A stretch of DNA of 64,000 nucleotides from Acidimicrobiia bacterium (GTDB lineage: Bacteria > Actinomycetota > Acidimicrobiia > Spongiisociales > ZC4RG35). The DNA is taken from contig CBDCBK010000010.1 in NCBI GenBank assembly GCA_965214265.1, positions 281,369 to 345,368 on the forward strand, written 5' to 3'. The position numbers and the translations under genes were made by a program. How positions within the stretch are numbered: position 1 is the stretch's first letter; each line of letters starts with the position of its first letter. Below, one piece after another: positions 19,369 to 29,421 of this stretch. The notes under the pieces were generated by a model that did not search any database, was not told the DNA's origin, and was given only the letters and a program-made list of their open reading frames with translations.

Positions 19369-20169
19369 ATGAGCACACGAAGCCATGCAGGAAAAGCGGC
19401 TTTCGTAACGGGGGCGAGCAAAGGAATAGGACAAGGACTCGCCCTCGGCTTAGCCCAACACGGGGCATCGGTAGCCGTTGGATACCACAAGGACGGGGAG
19501 GGTGCGGCCGAGACCGTGGAGTTGATAGCCCAGGCCGGCGGCGACGCTCATGCCGTGCAACTCGATCTGGCCAGTATCGACACCTGCCTCGCGGCGGTCG
19601 ATGAGGTCGCGGAGCACTTCGGAAGACTCGACATACTGGTGAACAATGCCGCCCGCACCCGCTTCGGCCCTGTTCAAGAGACCACCGAGGTGGACTTCGA
19701 CGATGTCGTCAACACCGTGCTGAAGGGGCCCTTCTTCTTGTCACTGAAAGCTGCGGAGGTCATGAACGCCCACCAATGGGGCGCGATAGTCAACATATCA
19801 AGCATCGCGGTGGAGGCCATCATGCCTTTCCACGGGGCATACACCATGGCGAAAGGCGGATTGGAGTCCATGACCAGGCAGATGGCCCTTGACCTAGCGC
19901 CCGATATCAGGGTAAACGCCGTGGCCCCCGGCGCCACCCTCACCGCCCGTAACCTCCGTTACAGCCAGGGCTACGGAGATGACTGGTCAAAGGTGACGCC
20001 TCTCGGTCGGGTGATGATGCCCGATGACTATGTGGGGATAGTGAACTTTTTGACCAGCGACGCCGCCGCCATGATCACCGGGGAGATCATCTATGTGGAC
20101 GGTGGTTGGTCCATGCTCGGTCTCGGCCCCGACATGGGCGCCTTCGACTTCTCATCCGACAAACTCTGA
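19369..20169 (+). CDS. SDR-family oxidoreductase
   Basis: It has the TGASKGIG Rossmann motif, NNAA, and the YxxxK region. Confidence 0.85.
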   Translation: MSTRSHAGKAAFVTGASKGIGQGLALGLAQHGASVAVGYHKDGEGAAETVELIAQAGGDAHAVQLDLASIDTCLAAVDEVAEHFGRLDILVNNAARTRFGPVQETTEVDFDDVVNTVLKGPFFLSLKAAEVMNAHQWGAIVNISSIAVEAIMPFHGAYTMAKGGLESMTRQMALDLAPDIRVNAVAPGATLTARNLRYSQGYGDDWSKVTPLGRVMMPDDYVGIVNFLTSDAAAMITGEIIYVDGGWSMLGLGPDMGAFDFSSDKL

Positions 20170-20253
20170 CCAAGACCAAGGCATCGATCGGCTCTTGGGA
20201 GTCCCGGGCCGTCGGCGCCGGATTCGGAGACAACGACAAGACAAGGAAGAACA

Positions 20254-20574
20254 ATGAAAAACATCGGCTACTACGTCGAGTTGGACATCGATCCCGCCCA
20301 GCGCGAGGAGTTCCACGTAAATATGATGACTCACTCAGAAGCGACGCTCAAGGGCGAACAAGGCTGTCTGGTCTTCGATGTGTTCGTGGACGCTAGGAAT
20401 CCCAATCGCTATGCGCTTTTCGAGCTTTACGCCGACGAGGCGGCGGTGGATGAACATCGCTTCTCAAAGCAGTTGGCCAAACACCGCACGGAGGTCGATC
20501 CGGCCATAATGACCAGGGTCATTTGGGTGGTGAGCGGTCAGGTGGACGAAAACCAGTTCCGCGGCACCGAATAG
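20254..20574 (+). CDS. Antibiotic-biosynthesis-monooxygenase (ABM) domain protein
   Basis: It is 106 aa with an ABM fold pattern. Confidence 0.7.
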   Translation: MKNIGYYVELDIDPAQREEFHVNMMTHSEATLKGEQGCLVFDVFVDARNPNRYALFELYADEAAVDEHRFSKQLAKHRTEVDPAIMTRVIWVVSGQVDENQFRGTE

Positions 20575-20591
20575 CGAGAAGCTCAAAACCC

Positions 20592-21644
20592 CTACTCCAC
20601 CGACCCCAGAAACTCAAAGAACAACTCCGACCACCGTTCGGCGGCATCGAACTGCGGTCCATGGCCCGAGCCTTCGAACATCTTCATCTCCACCCGGCCT
20701 CCGGCCGCTTGATATTGCTCGAGAACATCGCGGATCTGAGACACCATCTGCTGGGGAGGAAACACCTCGGTGCCCGGCCAGCCGGGCACAAATCCAGCCT
20801 GTCCCAAAGTGCCCATCTCCCAGGCTGATCCATCGGCCACCACCATGTCGGCGCTGCCATGAGTCCACAGCACAGGAGGCTTTGAGTCGATGTCAACAAT
20901 GTTCGACCAATTACAGTATTTACCGGAAAGGGCGTTGAGTATCCCCCGGGTCCCGGGCGCAACTCCCGGCCAGTTCCCCGAGGCTGTGAAGTCACCGGGA
21001 TACCCATCGTCGCCGGTAACCGACAGCAACACCTCGTCGAGCAGTAAATCTTCCCGGTCGGAGGGCTCGCTATGACTGGGGGCCCAATAAGAAGAATTGA
21101 TGATGTTGCGAGGAGACACCACGTCCTCCGACGAGCGGTCTCCCTCGGCCAAACGAGCGGTGAAATCGGGGTTGCCGGTCCCCCCACCCGAACCTGCCCA
21201 GTCCGAGTAGCAAGGGGCGCCGTCCCGTTGGGTACCGCCGAATCCGAATGGGGATACCGGATCTATCAGCGTCAGGGAAGCAACCTCCCGATCCATCGCA
21301 TAAGCGGCGATGGCAGCTCCGCCGGTCGACCAGCCTACCAAGTGAATAGGACGTTCGATGCCCATCGCTGCCACCAGAGCAAACGTGTCATCCGCCCAGT
21401 CTTGGAGGCCTCCGGTGGCATCGATCGGTTTGGGCTCCGAACGCCCGAAGGACCTCATGTCGGGAGCAATGAACCTGTATCGTTCGGGCGCTGCTGGCCA
21501 GAGATGTTCATAGAACCGTCCCGTGGACAGGTTGCCGTGGATCATCACCACCGGGATTCCGTTCTCCGGTCCTGACTCATATACGAAAGTGTTCAGGCGA
21601 TCAGTACTGACCGTTTGGGCTCGCACTCCGCTCAAGAGGTCCAT
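20592..21644 (-). CDS. Alpha/beta hydrolase
   Basis: It has HGNLSTG, GWSTGG nucleophile and DxxS motifs. Confidence 0.7.
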   Translation of the reverse strand: MDLLSGVRAQTVSTDRLNTFVYESGPENGIPVVMIHGNLSTGRFYEHLWPAAPERYRFIAPDMRSFGRSEPKPIDATGGLQDWADDTFALVAAMGIERPIHLVGWSTGGAAIAAYAMDREVASLTLIDPVSPFGFGGTQRDGAPCYSDWAGSGGGTGNPDFTARLAEGDRSSEDVVSPRNIINSSYWAPSHSEPSDREDLLLDEVLLSVTGDDGYPGDFTASGNWPGVAPGTRGILNALSGKYCNWSNIVDIDSKPPVLWTHGSADMVVADGSAWEMGTLGQAGFVPGWPGTEVFPPQQMVSQIRDVLEQYQAAGGRVEMKMFEGSGHGPQFDAAERWSELFFEFLGSVE

Positions 21645-21692
21645 GTCGTCCTCCTCGATGTTTCGACGCCCTCCAGATACTAGAAGGTGATT

Positions 21693-22595
21693 TCAGCCAA
21701 GAACCCTGTTTAGAAAGCTGTGCATCCGCTCCCGGGCGGCCCGGCCGTATTCATTGTCGAAGTAGTCGAAAGCGTGGATACCCTCCGGCCAAATTGCTAG
21801 TTCAGCATGGTTGGCGGCCGCCCGCCACCGGCTAAACATAAAGAGGGAATCGTCCAATAACGGGTCGATTGTTCCCACGGTGAACAACGCGGGCGGCAAG
21901 CCTTGCAGATCGGCGAAAATCGGGGAGACATCAGGATCGCACAGATCATGTTCGCCGGCGAACTGGTCGGTGAACCAGCGGATGCTGGTGGTGGTGAGAA
22001 TCAGGGTCTGCTCTCCCGCCTCCACCACCGATGGCGTGCCTCTCAAGTCATATGCCCCGTAGGTGAGCAAGGCGGCCCGGAAAGGGGTGAGTCCATGACG
22101 GTCTCTGAGCCGGAGGCAGGTTACGGCGCTCAGGTGGGCGCCCGCCGACTCGCCTCCTATGGCCAACAACTCCGCTCCCAGACTCTCGGGAGCATTTTGG
22201 TGCAGCCAGAGAGCCGTCGCCTCGCAGTCGTCCGGTCCGGCCGGGTAGGCGTTTTCAGGCGCCAATCGATAATAGGTGGAGACCACCATCAGCCCGGTGG
22301 CGTCGGCCAGCCGTTCCAACATCGGGTCATGGTGATGGGCGCCACCCACCACCCATCCTCCACCGTGAATGTGAAGGAGAATCCCCCGGGGTTTGCCGAC
22401 AGGTGGCATCACCCGGAAGCGGAGCGGCCCCGACGGCCCATCCACTACTTGCTCGAATGCCCGATTCGAGTAGACCAAAGCCCCGAACACCGACTTTCCC
22501 TCCTCCCGCGCCTGACGGGCAACCACTGGTCCCACCTCCCAGATCTTGGGAAGATCACGAGTGGCCCTTTCGAGTTCGGCGTTGAAAGCGACCAC
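21693..22595 (-). CDS. Alpha/beta hydrolase (HSL-family esterase)
   Basis: It has the HGGGW oxyanion motif and the GESAGA nucleophile. Confidence 0.75.
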   Translation of the reverse strand: MVAFNAELERATRDLPKIWEVGPVVARQAREEGKSVFGALVYSNRAFEQVVDGPSGPLRFRVMPPVGKPRGILLHIHGGGWVVGGAHHHDPMLERLADATGLMVVSTYYRLAPENAYPAGPDDCEATALWLHQNAPESLGAELLAIGGESAGAHLSAVTCLRLRDRHGLTPFRAALLTYGAYDLRGTPSVVEAGEQTLILTTTSIRWFTDQFAGEHDLCDPDVSPIFADLQGLPPALFTVGTIDPLLDDSLFMFSRWRAAANHAELAIWPEGIHAFDYFDNEYGRAARERMHSFLNRVLG

Positions 22596-22673
22596 CTCGG
22601 CAGGCGCTTCGGTTGGGATATCGAGGCGAACCTCCCCAGGCGCGTAGTCAATAACTGTGGCTGACTGCTCTTT

Positions 22674-23054
22674 CTAGGCGGGCGGCTGAATCAATTCGAT
22701 AACGTTGCCATCCGGGTCACGGATGAACGCCTGATGCCCGGCGGCGGGTACATAGGCCGATCGGCGATACTCCACTCCCCGGGCGGCTAGCAGGTCCAAA
22801 AGCGCATCCAGCCCGTCAACCTCCAAGGCAAAGTGATTGTTGGGGTTCGGCCCCAGCGCCGGAACCTGGCTGATGTGAATAGCACTGTTCGGCCCGGCGC
22901 CGACCCAGACTCCCGGTGATTCGAACGGCGGTCGGGGGAGTTCGGGCAAGCCGAGCTTGTCGAGATAGAACTCTCTGGACCTACCAAGATCGGTCGACGG
23001 GAGGTTCACATGCTGAAGCGCCGTGAGATGTCCGAAAAGACCGTGGTCAGGCAT
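22674..23054 (-). CDS. VOC-family (glyoxalase/bleomycin-resistance) protein
   Basis: It is 126 aa with HVNLP...HFALEV. Confidence 0.7.
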   Translation of the reverse strand: MPDHGLFGHLTALQHVNLPSTDLGRSREFYLDKLGLPELPRPPFESPGVWVGAGPNSAIHISQVPALGPNPNNHFALEVDGLDALLDLLAARGVEYRRSAYVPAAGHQAFIRDPDGNVIELIQPPA

Positions 23055-24114
23055 CGACTGTCACCAACTTTCCATGGGTGGCCGACTCGATCAGGGCGCG
23101 AATGGTAGCCATGTTCACGGCGCTCTCGGAGAGGGGAAACCCGATCGGCGCACCGTCAAGAATCATCTTCTCCATGGCTCTTACCTCTTCCAAATAGGCG
23201 TTGGAGTTCTCGAAGGTGTAAGAGGCAACTGCTTGATCGCCCTCCTCGTCACCAAAGGGATTGTCGGTTCCTTCACTAAGCGTGGATCGGGTCGGCTCAG
23301 CTTCCTGGGTAACCACCTCCACCGTGGAGACCAGTTCCACCTGACTCAACCACGGGTAGGAGATCCGAATGCGTCCCTTTGAGCCAACGAATTCGGCCGA
23401 CCAGGAAGGGAGCGCCTCCATGCTGGTGGTGAACTGGCCAACGGCTTCTCCTTCGTAGAGAATCTGGGCGCCGAAGGTCATATCCACTGCCTCCCCTGCC
23501 GATCTGATGAACCCCGCCACCTTGATCGGCCGTCTCTGTAGGACGGCGTGGAACAAAGTGACCGGGTAGCAACCCAGATCCCATATGGAACCACCACCCC
23601 GCGGATCGAGCCGTATGTCATCGCTGTACAGCAGAGTGGAGCTGAATGTGCCCTGCACCCAGCGAGGAACGCCGATCGCTCCTTCGGATACCAACCTACG
23701 GAGAAGAGCCGTCTGAGGGTGGAAGCGCATCATCGATGCCTCCTGAATGATCACCCTGTTCTCCTTAGCCGACCGCTCCAGTTGCTCGATCTCACCGGGA
23801 TAGATAGCGATGGGCTTTTCGATCAGGGCGTGTTTCCCTGCCCGAGCGAGTTCCACACCCCAGGGAACATGAAGCCAATTGGGGAGGGAAACATAAACGA
23901 CATCCACCTCCGTCGATGAGACGAGTTGCTCGTAGCTGCCGTAGGAGATGGGGATCCCCCGGGATGAGGCGTAGGAACTAGCCCGGTCTTCGTCTCTGCT
24001 GGCCACCGCCGTGATCCGGGACCGCTCCGAGCAGGCCACCGCCTCGACAATGCGGTCATTGATGCGGGCGGTGCTAAGCAGACCCCATCGCAGTGGCTGT
24101 TCACTAATAGACAT
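23047..24114 (-). CDS. Gfo/Idh/MocA-family oxidoreductase
   Basis: It has an N-terminal Rossmann motif and the EKP motif. Confidence 0.8.
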   Translation of the reverse strand: MSISEQPLRWGLLSTARINDRIVEAVACSERSRITAVASRDEDRASSYASSRGIPISYGSYEQLVSSTEVDVVYVSLPNWLHVPWGVELARAGKHALIEKPIAIYPGEIEQLERSAKENRVIIQEASMMRFHPQTALLRRLVSEGAIGVPRWVQGTFSSTLLYSDDIRLDPRGGGSIWDLGCYPVTLFHAVLQRRPIKVAGFIRSAGEAVDMTFGAQILYEGEAVGQFTTSMEALPSWSAEFVGSKGRIRISYPWLSQVELVSTVEVVTQEAEPTRSTLSEGTDNPFGDEEGDQAVASYTFENSNAYLEEVRAMEKMILDGAPIGFPLSESAVNMATIRALIESATHGKLVTVDA

Positions 24115-24117
24115 AGG

Positions 24118-25266
24118 TCAGTTCCCGATTCGCTCCCATCCCCCCTTGGTTGAGGAGTTCATTATTGCTTCCTGGGCGTTGGCCACATACCGGGCATCCT
24201 CGAAGGTGGGAACCCGGCCCTTCCCGGTGGCCATGTGGCGAATCATGGCAGCTGCCTGGATGCTGACTATGTCTTCATATCCGATCCCGACACCGGGGCC
24301 GGGCCAGAAAGTCGCCTGCCCGGGGTGGCCGGGACCGCTCAAGACCGTCCGCTCACTGTCGGGATGGGAATCATGCATGATCACCAGTTCGTTCATCCGC
24401 TCCAGATTCCACGAGATCGCCCCTTCGGTTCCGTGAACATCAAAGGCCATCCGGCAGACCGGACCATTGATTATTCGGCACGCCTCGAGATGCCCTCGAC
24501 CTCCGTTGCGAAGACGGATCAGAGCTGTTGCGTAGTCGTCGTTGGTGACCGGACCCTTGATGTCGGCGGCCTGGGCGCCAAAGACATGGCTGTCGGAGTG
24601 GAGAGGGATGGGGCGCTCCCTGATGAAGGTGTGGGTGTCGGACACTACCTCGCTGATCTTCCCGGCGATGAAGTGGGACATGTCCAGCACATGAGACATC
24701 AGGTCGCCCAGCGCTCCGAACCCCGCCGCGTCTCCATCGAACCGCCAGGACAGGGGCGTGGCCGGGTCTTTGCCGTATCCCACTAGAAAACGACCTCGAT
24801 AATGGGTCACCTCGCCGATCGCGCCCTCCGCCACCAACTGTTGAGCATATCTCACCATCGGCGCCCATCGATAGACATAGCCGACCATGGACCGGACACC
24901 ATTTCGGGACGCCGATTCGGCAATGCGACGGGTCTCTTCAGGTGAGCGGCCCACCGGTTTCTCGCAGAAAACATTCTTTCCCGCTTCGCTGGCGGTTTGA
25001 GCGAAGCGGGCGTGGGTGCTATTGGGGGAACAGATCATCACCAGGTCCACATCATCGGCCTCGATCACCTCCTGCCAGGAAGTGGCGCCTCGCTCGAATC
25101 CGTATAAAGCTCTGGCTCTTTCCACCTGATCGAGGGATTCATCCACACAAACGACCAGGCGGGGAGGATCAGAACGCAATTCATCAAAACGAGTGGCGGC
25201 GCTCAGGATTGCCTGGCAGTGTTTGGATCCCATCAGACCCATCCCGATCATTCCGATTCCAGTCAT
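24118..25266 (-). CDS. Gfo/Idh/MocA-family oxidoreductase (possible inositol dehydrogenase)
   Basis: It has GMIGMGLMG and EKP motifs, in an iol-like context. Confidence 0.75.
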   Translation of the reverse strand: MTGIGMIGMGLMGSKHCQAILSAATRFDELRSDPPRLVVCVDESLDQVERARALYGFERGATSWQEVIEADDVDLVMICSPNSTHARFAQTASEAGKNVFCEKPVGRSPEETRRIAESASRNGVRSMVGYVYRWAPMVRYAQQLVAEGAIGEVTHYRGRFLVGYGKDPATPLSWRFDGDAAGFGALGDLMSHVLDMSHFIAGKISEVVSDTHTFIRERPIPLHSDSHVFGAQAADIKGPVTNDDYATALIRLRNGGRGHLEACRIINGPVCRMAFDVHGTEGAISWNLERMNELVIMHDSHPDSERTVLSGPGHPGQATFWPGPGVGIGYEDIVSIQAAAMIRHMATGKGRVPTFEDARYVANAQEAIMNSSTKGGWERIGN

Positions 25267-25462
25267 GGGCCACCACCTTGATGCGATGATTAGACAACTT
25301 ATCTTAGATCAACGGGGGCCGATTGCTCCTGCGTGTCCGAGACCCTGTTACGAAGGTTAAGGGTCTTTAGGGGACCGTCGGAGTTTGAATGATGTAATCT
25401 CCTGTTTAACACGAGAGCCGTCGCCGAAGTTTTTAGAGAGCACAATTGATTGGAGAATCTAA

Positions 25463-27556
25463 GTGAGAACGCGTAAGAATATCCTGTTGACGGGACTTCT
25501 AGTCCTAGGGTTAGTGGTCGCAGCCTGCGGTGAGGCGGAGGAAGCCACCACCACCACTGCGGTTGTTGCGCCCGCGCCTACTGACGCACCCGAGGATCCG
25601 ATTGTGGTCGGGGTGCCGGCGCTTATCGCTACCCATCCGTTCTATGTGGAGCAGTATCGCTACTTCCAGCATGAGGCCGACCGGCAGGGCGCCGAACTGG
25701 TGATAGTGGACAGCGCCCCCACCAAGGACGTCAATGAGGTACAGATGCTCGATGACGCCTACTCCTTGCTGGAATCGGGCGTTGACGCCATCATCATGGA
25801 GTACATCAACCCTGAGCCCTTCCTCGACTTCCAGGCGGAAGCGGCATCGAGAGGCGTTTGCGTGCTCAACGAGTCCCAGACCCCTCTGACCGGAGCGCAG
25901 AACTGGAACGAAGACAACTACCAGGGCGGCTACGCGGTAGGCGTTCACGCCGGCGAATGGGCATCCGGCAACGGATTCGACTCGCCCAAGATGGCCGTGA
26001 TCGTACGTCCTGACAACCCACCAATCCTGGCCCGGAGCAACGGGTTCGTGGATGGTGTGCAAAGCGTCGTCCCCAGCGCCGAGGTGGTGGCCGAGGCTCA
26101 GGCGATGGGTCCTGAGGATATTGCCGCCGCCTTCGCCAACATGGCAGCCGCCAACCCTGACGCCCAGATCTGGTTCGCTCCAGAGATCGACTCGGGAGTG
26201 GCCGGACTGGCGGCCCTGGATGAACAGGGCCTGAACGACCCCGACCAGGTCTTCCTAGCGGTGACCAACGTCTCCGAATCCGGCCTCGAGGTGCTGGCCC
26301 GAGGCGACACCCCACTGCAGGCCGCCTACATGTACTCCAAGAACAACCTGGCCTCGATCCAGATGTTCCGGGATGCCCTAGCTTGCGCCAGAGGCGAGAC
26401 CAGACCACCCACCGTGTACATGCTCGGCAACGTGGTGGACACCAACAACCTGGCAGAAATCCAACAGATGCTCCAGGATCTGGACAGTTCCGGCGAGTAC
26501 CCCCAGTATCTTGAGGATCTGATCGACAGCGTGATCGACTACCGGGACGAACCCCAAACCACCCCCGGGCCCGAGGATCCGATTGTGGTCGGGGTGCCGG
26601 CGCTTATCGCTACCCATCCGTTCTATGTGGAGCAGTATCGCTACTTCCAGCATGAGGCCGACCGGCAGGGCGCCGAACTGGTGATAGTGGACAGCGCCCC
26701 CACCAAGGACGTCAATGAGGTACAGATGCTCGATGACGCCTACTCCTTGCTGGAATCGGGCGTTGACGCCATCATCATGGAGTACATCAACCCTGAGCCC
26801 TTCCTCGACTTCCAGGCGGAAGCGGCATCGAGAGGCGTTTGCGTGCTCAACGAGTCCCAGACCCCTCTGACCGGAGCGCAGAACTGGAACGAAGACAACT
26901 ACCAGGGCGGCTACGCGGTAGGCGTTCACGCCGGCGAATGGGCATCCGGCAACGGATTCGACTCGCCCAAGATGGCCGTGATCGTACGTCCTGACAACCC
27001 ACCAATCCTGGCCCGGAGCAACGGGTTCGTGGATGGTGTGCAAAGCGTCGTCCCCGGCGCCGAGGTGGTGGCCGAGGCTCAGGCGATGGGTCCTGAGGAT
27101 ATTGCCGCCGCCTTCGCCAACATGGCAGCCGCCAACCCTGACGCCCAGATCTGGTTCGCTCCAGAGATCGACTCGGGAGTGGCCGGACTGGCGGCCCTGG
27201 ATGAACAGGGCCTGAACGACCCCGACCAGGTCTTCCTAGCGGTGACCAACGTCTCCGAATCCGGCCTCGAGGTGCTGGCCCGAGGCGACACCCCACTGCA
27301 GGCCGCCTACATGTACTCCAAGAACAACCTGGCCTCGATCCAGATGTTCCGGGATGCCCTAGCTTGCGCCAGAGGCGAGACCAGACCACCCACCGTGTAC
27401 ATGCTCGGCAACGTGGTGGACACCAACAACCTGGCAGACATCCAACAGATGCTCCAGGATCTGGACAGTTCCGGCGAGTACCCCCAGTATCTTGAGGATC
27501 TGATCGACAGCGTGATCGACTACCGGGACGAACCCCAAACGACACCGAGTAATTAG
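25463..27556 (+). CDS. ABC sugar-binding lipoprotein with two tandem, near-identical binding-protein domains
   Basis: A lipoprotein signal (LLVLGLVVAAC) is followed by two ~327-aa copies. The copies differ at only two residues, S/G and E/D. Confidence 0.7.
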   Translation: MRTRKNILLTGLLVLGLVVAACGEAEEATTTTAVVAPAPTDAPEDPIVVGVPALIATHPFYVEQYRYFQHEADRQGAELVIVDSAPTKDVNEVQMLDDAYSLLESGVDAIIMEYINPEPFLDFQAEAASRGVCVLNESQTPLTGAQNWNEDNYQGGYAVGVHAGEWASGNGFDSPKMAVIVRPDNPPILARSNGFVDGVQSVVPSAEVVAEAQAMGPEDIAAAFANMAAANPDAQIWFAPEIDSGVAGLAALDEQGLNDPDQVFLAVTNVSESGLEVLARGDTPLQAAYMYSKNNLASIQMFRDALACARGETRPPTVYMLGNVVDTNNLAEIQQMLQDLDSSGEYPQYLEDLIDSVIDYRDEPQTTPGPEDPIVVGVPALIATHPFYVEQYRYFQHEADRQGAELVIVDSAPTKDVNEVQMLDDAYSLLESGVDAIIMEYINPEPFLDFQAEAASRGVCVLNESQTPLTGAQNWNEDNYQGGYAVGVHAGEWASGNGFDSPKMAVIVRPDNPPILARSNGFVDGVQSVVPGAEVVAEAQAMGPEDIAAAFANMAAANPDAQIWFAPEIDSGVAGLAALDEQGLNDPDQVFLAVTNVSESGLEVLARGDTPLQAAYMYSKNNLASIQMFRDALACARGETRPPTVYMLGNVVDTNNLADIQQMLQDLDSSGEYPQYLEDLIDSVIDYRDEPQTTPSN
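25591..27552. repeat. Near-perfect tandem duplication of 2 x ~981 bp
   Basis: The ORF track shows identical ORFs offset by 981 bp, for example 26052-26234 and 27033-27215. The sequence cccgaggatccgattgtggtcgggg appears at 25591 and again at 26572. Confidence 0.9.
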
Positions 27557-27583
27557 AGAACCCGAAAGGACGGATAGCTTACG

Positions 27584-28351
27584 ATGATGGTGGATTCGGC
27601 AGACAGCGGGTCCACCATCATCAGTGTCTCCGGTATATCAAAATTCTACGAGCGAGTACGGGCACTCCACGGGGTGAGCCTCTCGTTGAGAGCCGGCGAA
27701 TGCTTGGGGCTGGTAGGAGACAACGGAGCGGGAAAGACCACTCTACTCCGGGTCATGAACGGAGAACTGGTGCCCGACATCGGTGAGATCCGCGTGCATG
27801 GCGACCGGGTGAAAGAGTGGTCGGTTCGTGATGCTCGCCGAGTCGGAATCGCCACGGTCGCCCAGAACCTGGATCTGTGCGATGAACTGGATGTCCCTGG
27901 CAATGTCTTCCTAAACGCCGAAATACACAAGTGGCGTTTCGGGCCGATCGGTTGGATGGATCGCCGCCGGATCCGCAATGAAACCGAGGACCTCTTGGCA
28001 AGTATCGGCGCAGCCGTACCGCACAGCGCAACCAAGGTCGAACGGCTTTCCGGCGGGCAGCGGCAGGCCATTGCCATTGCCCGGTCTCTGCGGGGAGACC
28101 CCCGCCTGGTGCTGATGGACGAACCGACCGCGGCACTGGGAATCCGCCAAGCGAGAACCATTCTGGCCAGCATCAGGCGGATGGTCGAACGCGGGATCGG
28201 GGTGGTGATCATCTCCCACAACCTCGATCACGTTCTCAACGTCAGCGATCGCCTGGTAACCATGTTCCAGGGAAGGATCACGCTCGATGAACCGGCCAGC
28301 GCCATTCGCAGAGATAAACTTCTGGCCGCCATGATGGGTCATAAAGAATGA
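27584..28351 (+). CDS. ABC transporter ATP-binding protein
   Basis: It has GDNGAGKTTL, LSGGQRQ and LMDEPTAALG motifs. Confidence 0.85.
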   Translation: MMVDSADSGSTIISVSGISKFYERVRALHGVSLSLRAGECLGLVGDNGAGKTTLLRVMNGELVPDIGEIRVHGDRVKEWSVRDARRVGIATVAQNLDLCDELDVPGNVFLNAEIHKWRFGPIGWMDRRRIRNETEDLLASIGAAVPHSATKVERLSGGQRQAIAIARSLRGDPRLVLMDEPTAALGIRQARTILASIRRMVERGIGVVIISHNLDHVLNVSDRLVTMFQGRITLDEPASAIRRDKLLAAMMGHKE

Positions 28352-28358
28352 GGGAACA

Positions 28359-29384
28359 GTGCCTACCAGGGTAAGTCGGAGTAGCGCGCTCGCAGTGGCG
28401 TTGATCATTGTGGTCACCGTCGTGCAGTTACAGGCCAGCCATTATGTAACCCCTTCCAACATCCGGGTGATAGCAATTCAATTGGTGTCATTGGGCATCG
28501 GAGCGTTGGGATCCGCCTTCGTGGTGGCTTCGGGCAATATCGATATCTCGATCGGCTCGATGTTTTCCCTATGCGGGGTGGTGGCATCCATGGCGGCCGC
28601 CGCCGGTGTGCCCTGGCCGTTGGCGCTCTTGCTGGGACCACTGATGGGGGCCGTCCTGGGCGGGATCAATGGTGTGATGGTCCACCGTTTGGCGGTGTCT
28701 CCCATCGTCGTGACCCTGGGCGCCCTGACTCTGTATGCCGGGATGGTCATACTGATCACCAGAGGCAGAACGGTGGCAGGGGTTCCACAGGAATTCCGGA
28801 CGGTGGGTCGGGGTCAGTTCTTCGCCATTCCGGTCAACGTCCTGATTTTCATCGGTCTAGCTTTGCTGGCCTTCGCCTTTGCAAACCGGATCGACATCGG
28901 CCGTCGTTTGCTGGCAGTGGGCTCCAACGTCAGGGCGGCCGCGTCAGTGGGAATTCCGATCCGAAAGTATGTGATCGGCGTGTTCATCGTCAACGGCATC
29001 CTGGTGGGCCTGGCCTCCACGTTGAGCGCCAGCCGATTCGGGACCGCCGCTCCCACCGCTGGCATCGGTTATGAGTTGCAGGTGTTGACAGCTGTCCTGT
29101 TGGGTGGTGTGCTGTTCACCGGGGGGGTGGCTCCCATTGGGGGGGTCCTGTTGGCCGTATTCCTGATCGGTACGATCCGATCAGGCCTGATAGCCATCGG
29201 ATTCGAGGTGACGTGGACCAATGTCGTGATAGGCGCCCTCCTGATCGGCGCCGTGGCCCTCAACCAATTCTCCGAAGAAAGGAGAGAGAGAGCCGTAACC
29301 CGATCGGCGCTGGCGGAAGCCCTGGAAGAAGAGGAAGTCTGGGACAACCCTGAGTCCGGCGCCGGAGATCCAGGCCGCCAATAA
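28359..29384 (+). CDS. ABC sugar transporter permease
   Basis: This is a polytopic 341-aa membrane protein. Confidence 0.8.
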   Translation: MPTRVSRSSALAVALIIVVTVVQLQASHYVTPSNIRVIAIQLVSLGIGALGSAFVVASGNIDISIGSMFSLCGVVASMAAAAGVPWPLALLLGPLMGAVLGGINGVMVHRLAVSPIVVTLGALTLYAGMVILITRGRTVAGVPQEFRTVGRGQFFAIPVNVLIFIGLALLAFAFANRIDIGRRLLAVGSNVRAAASVGIPIRKYVIGVFIVNGILVGLASTLSASRFGTAAPTAGIGYELQVLTAVLLGGVLFTGGVAPIGGVLLAVFLIGTIRSGLIAIGFEVTWTNVVIGALLIGAVALNQFSEERRERAVTRSALAEALEEEEVWDNPESGAGDPGRQ

Positions 29385-29421
29385 TCGTTCCCAGAGGGGA
29401 CAACTGAAAGGAGAGAAGCCC

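Noticed and set aside
25591-27552. Could the long direct repeats be a CRISPR array?
   Set aside because: There are only two ~981-bp units. There are no short repeat/spacer alternations and no cas genes. The repeat lies in frame within a binding-protein gene.
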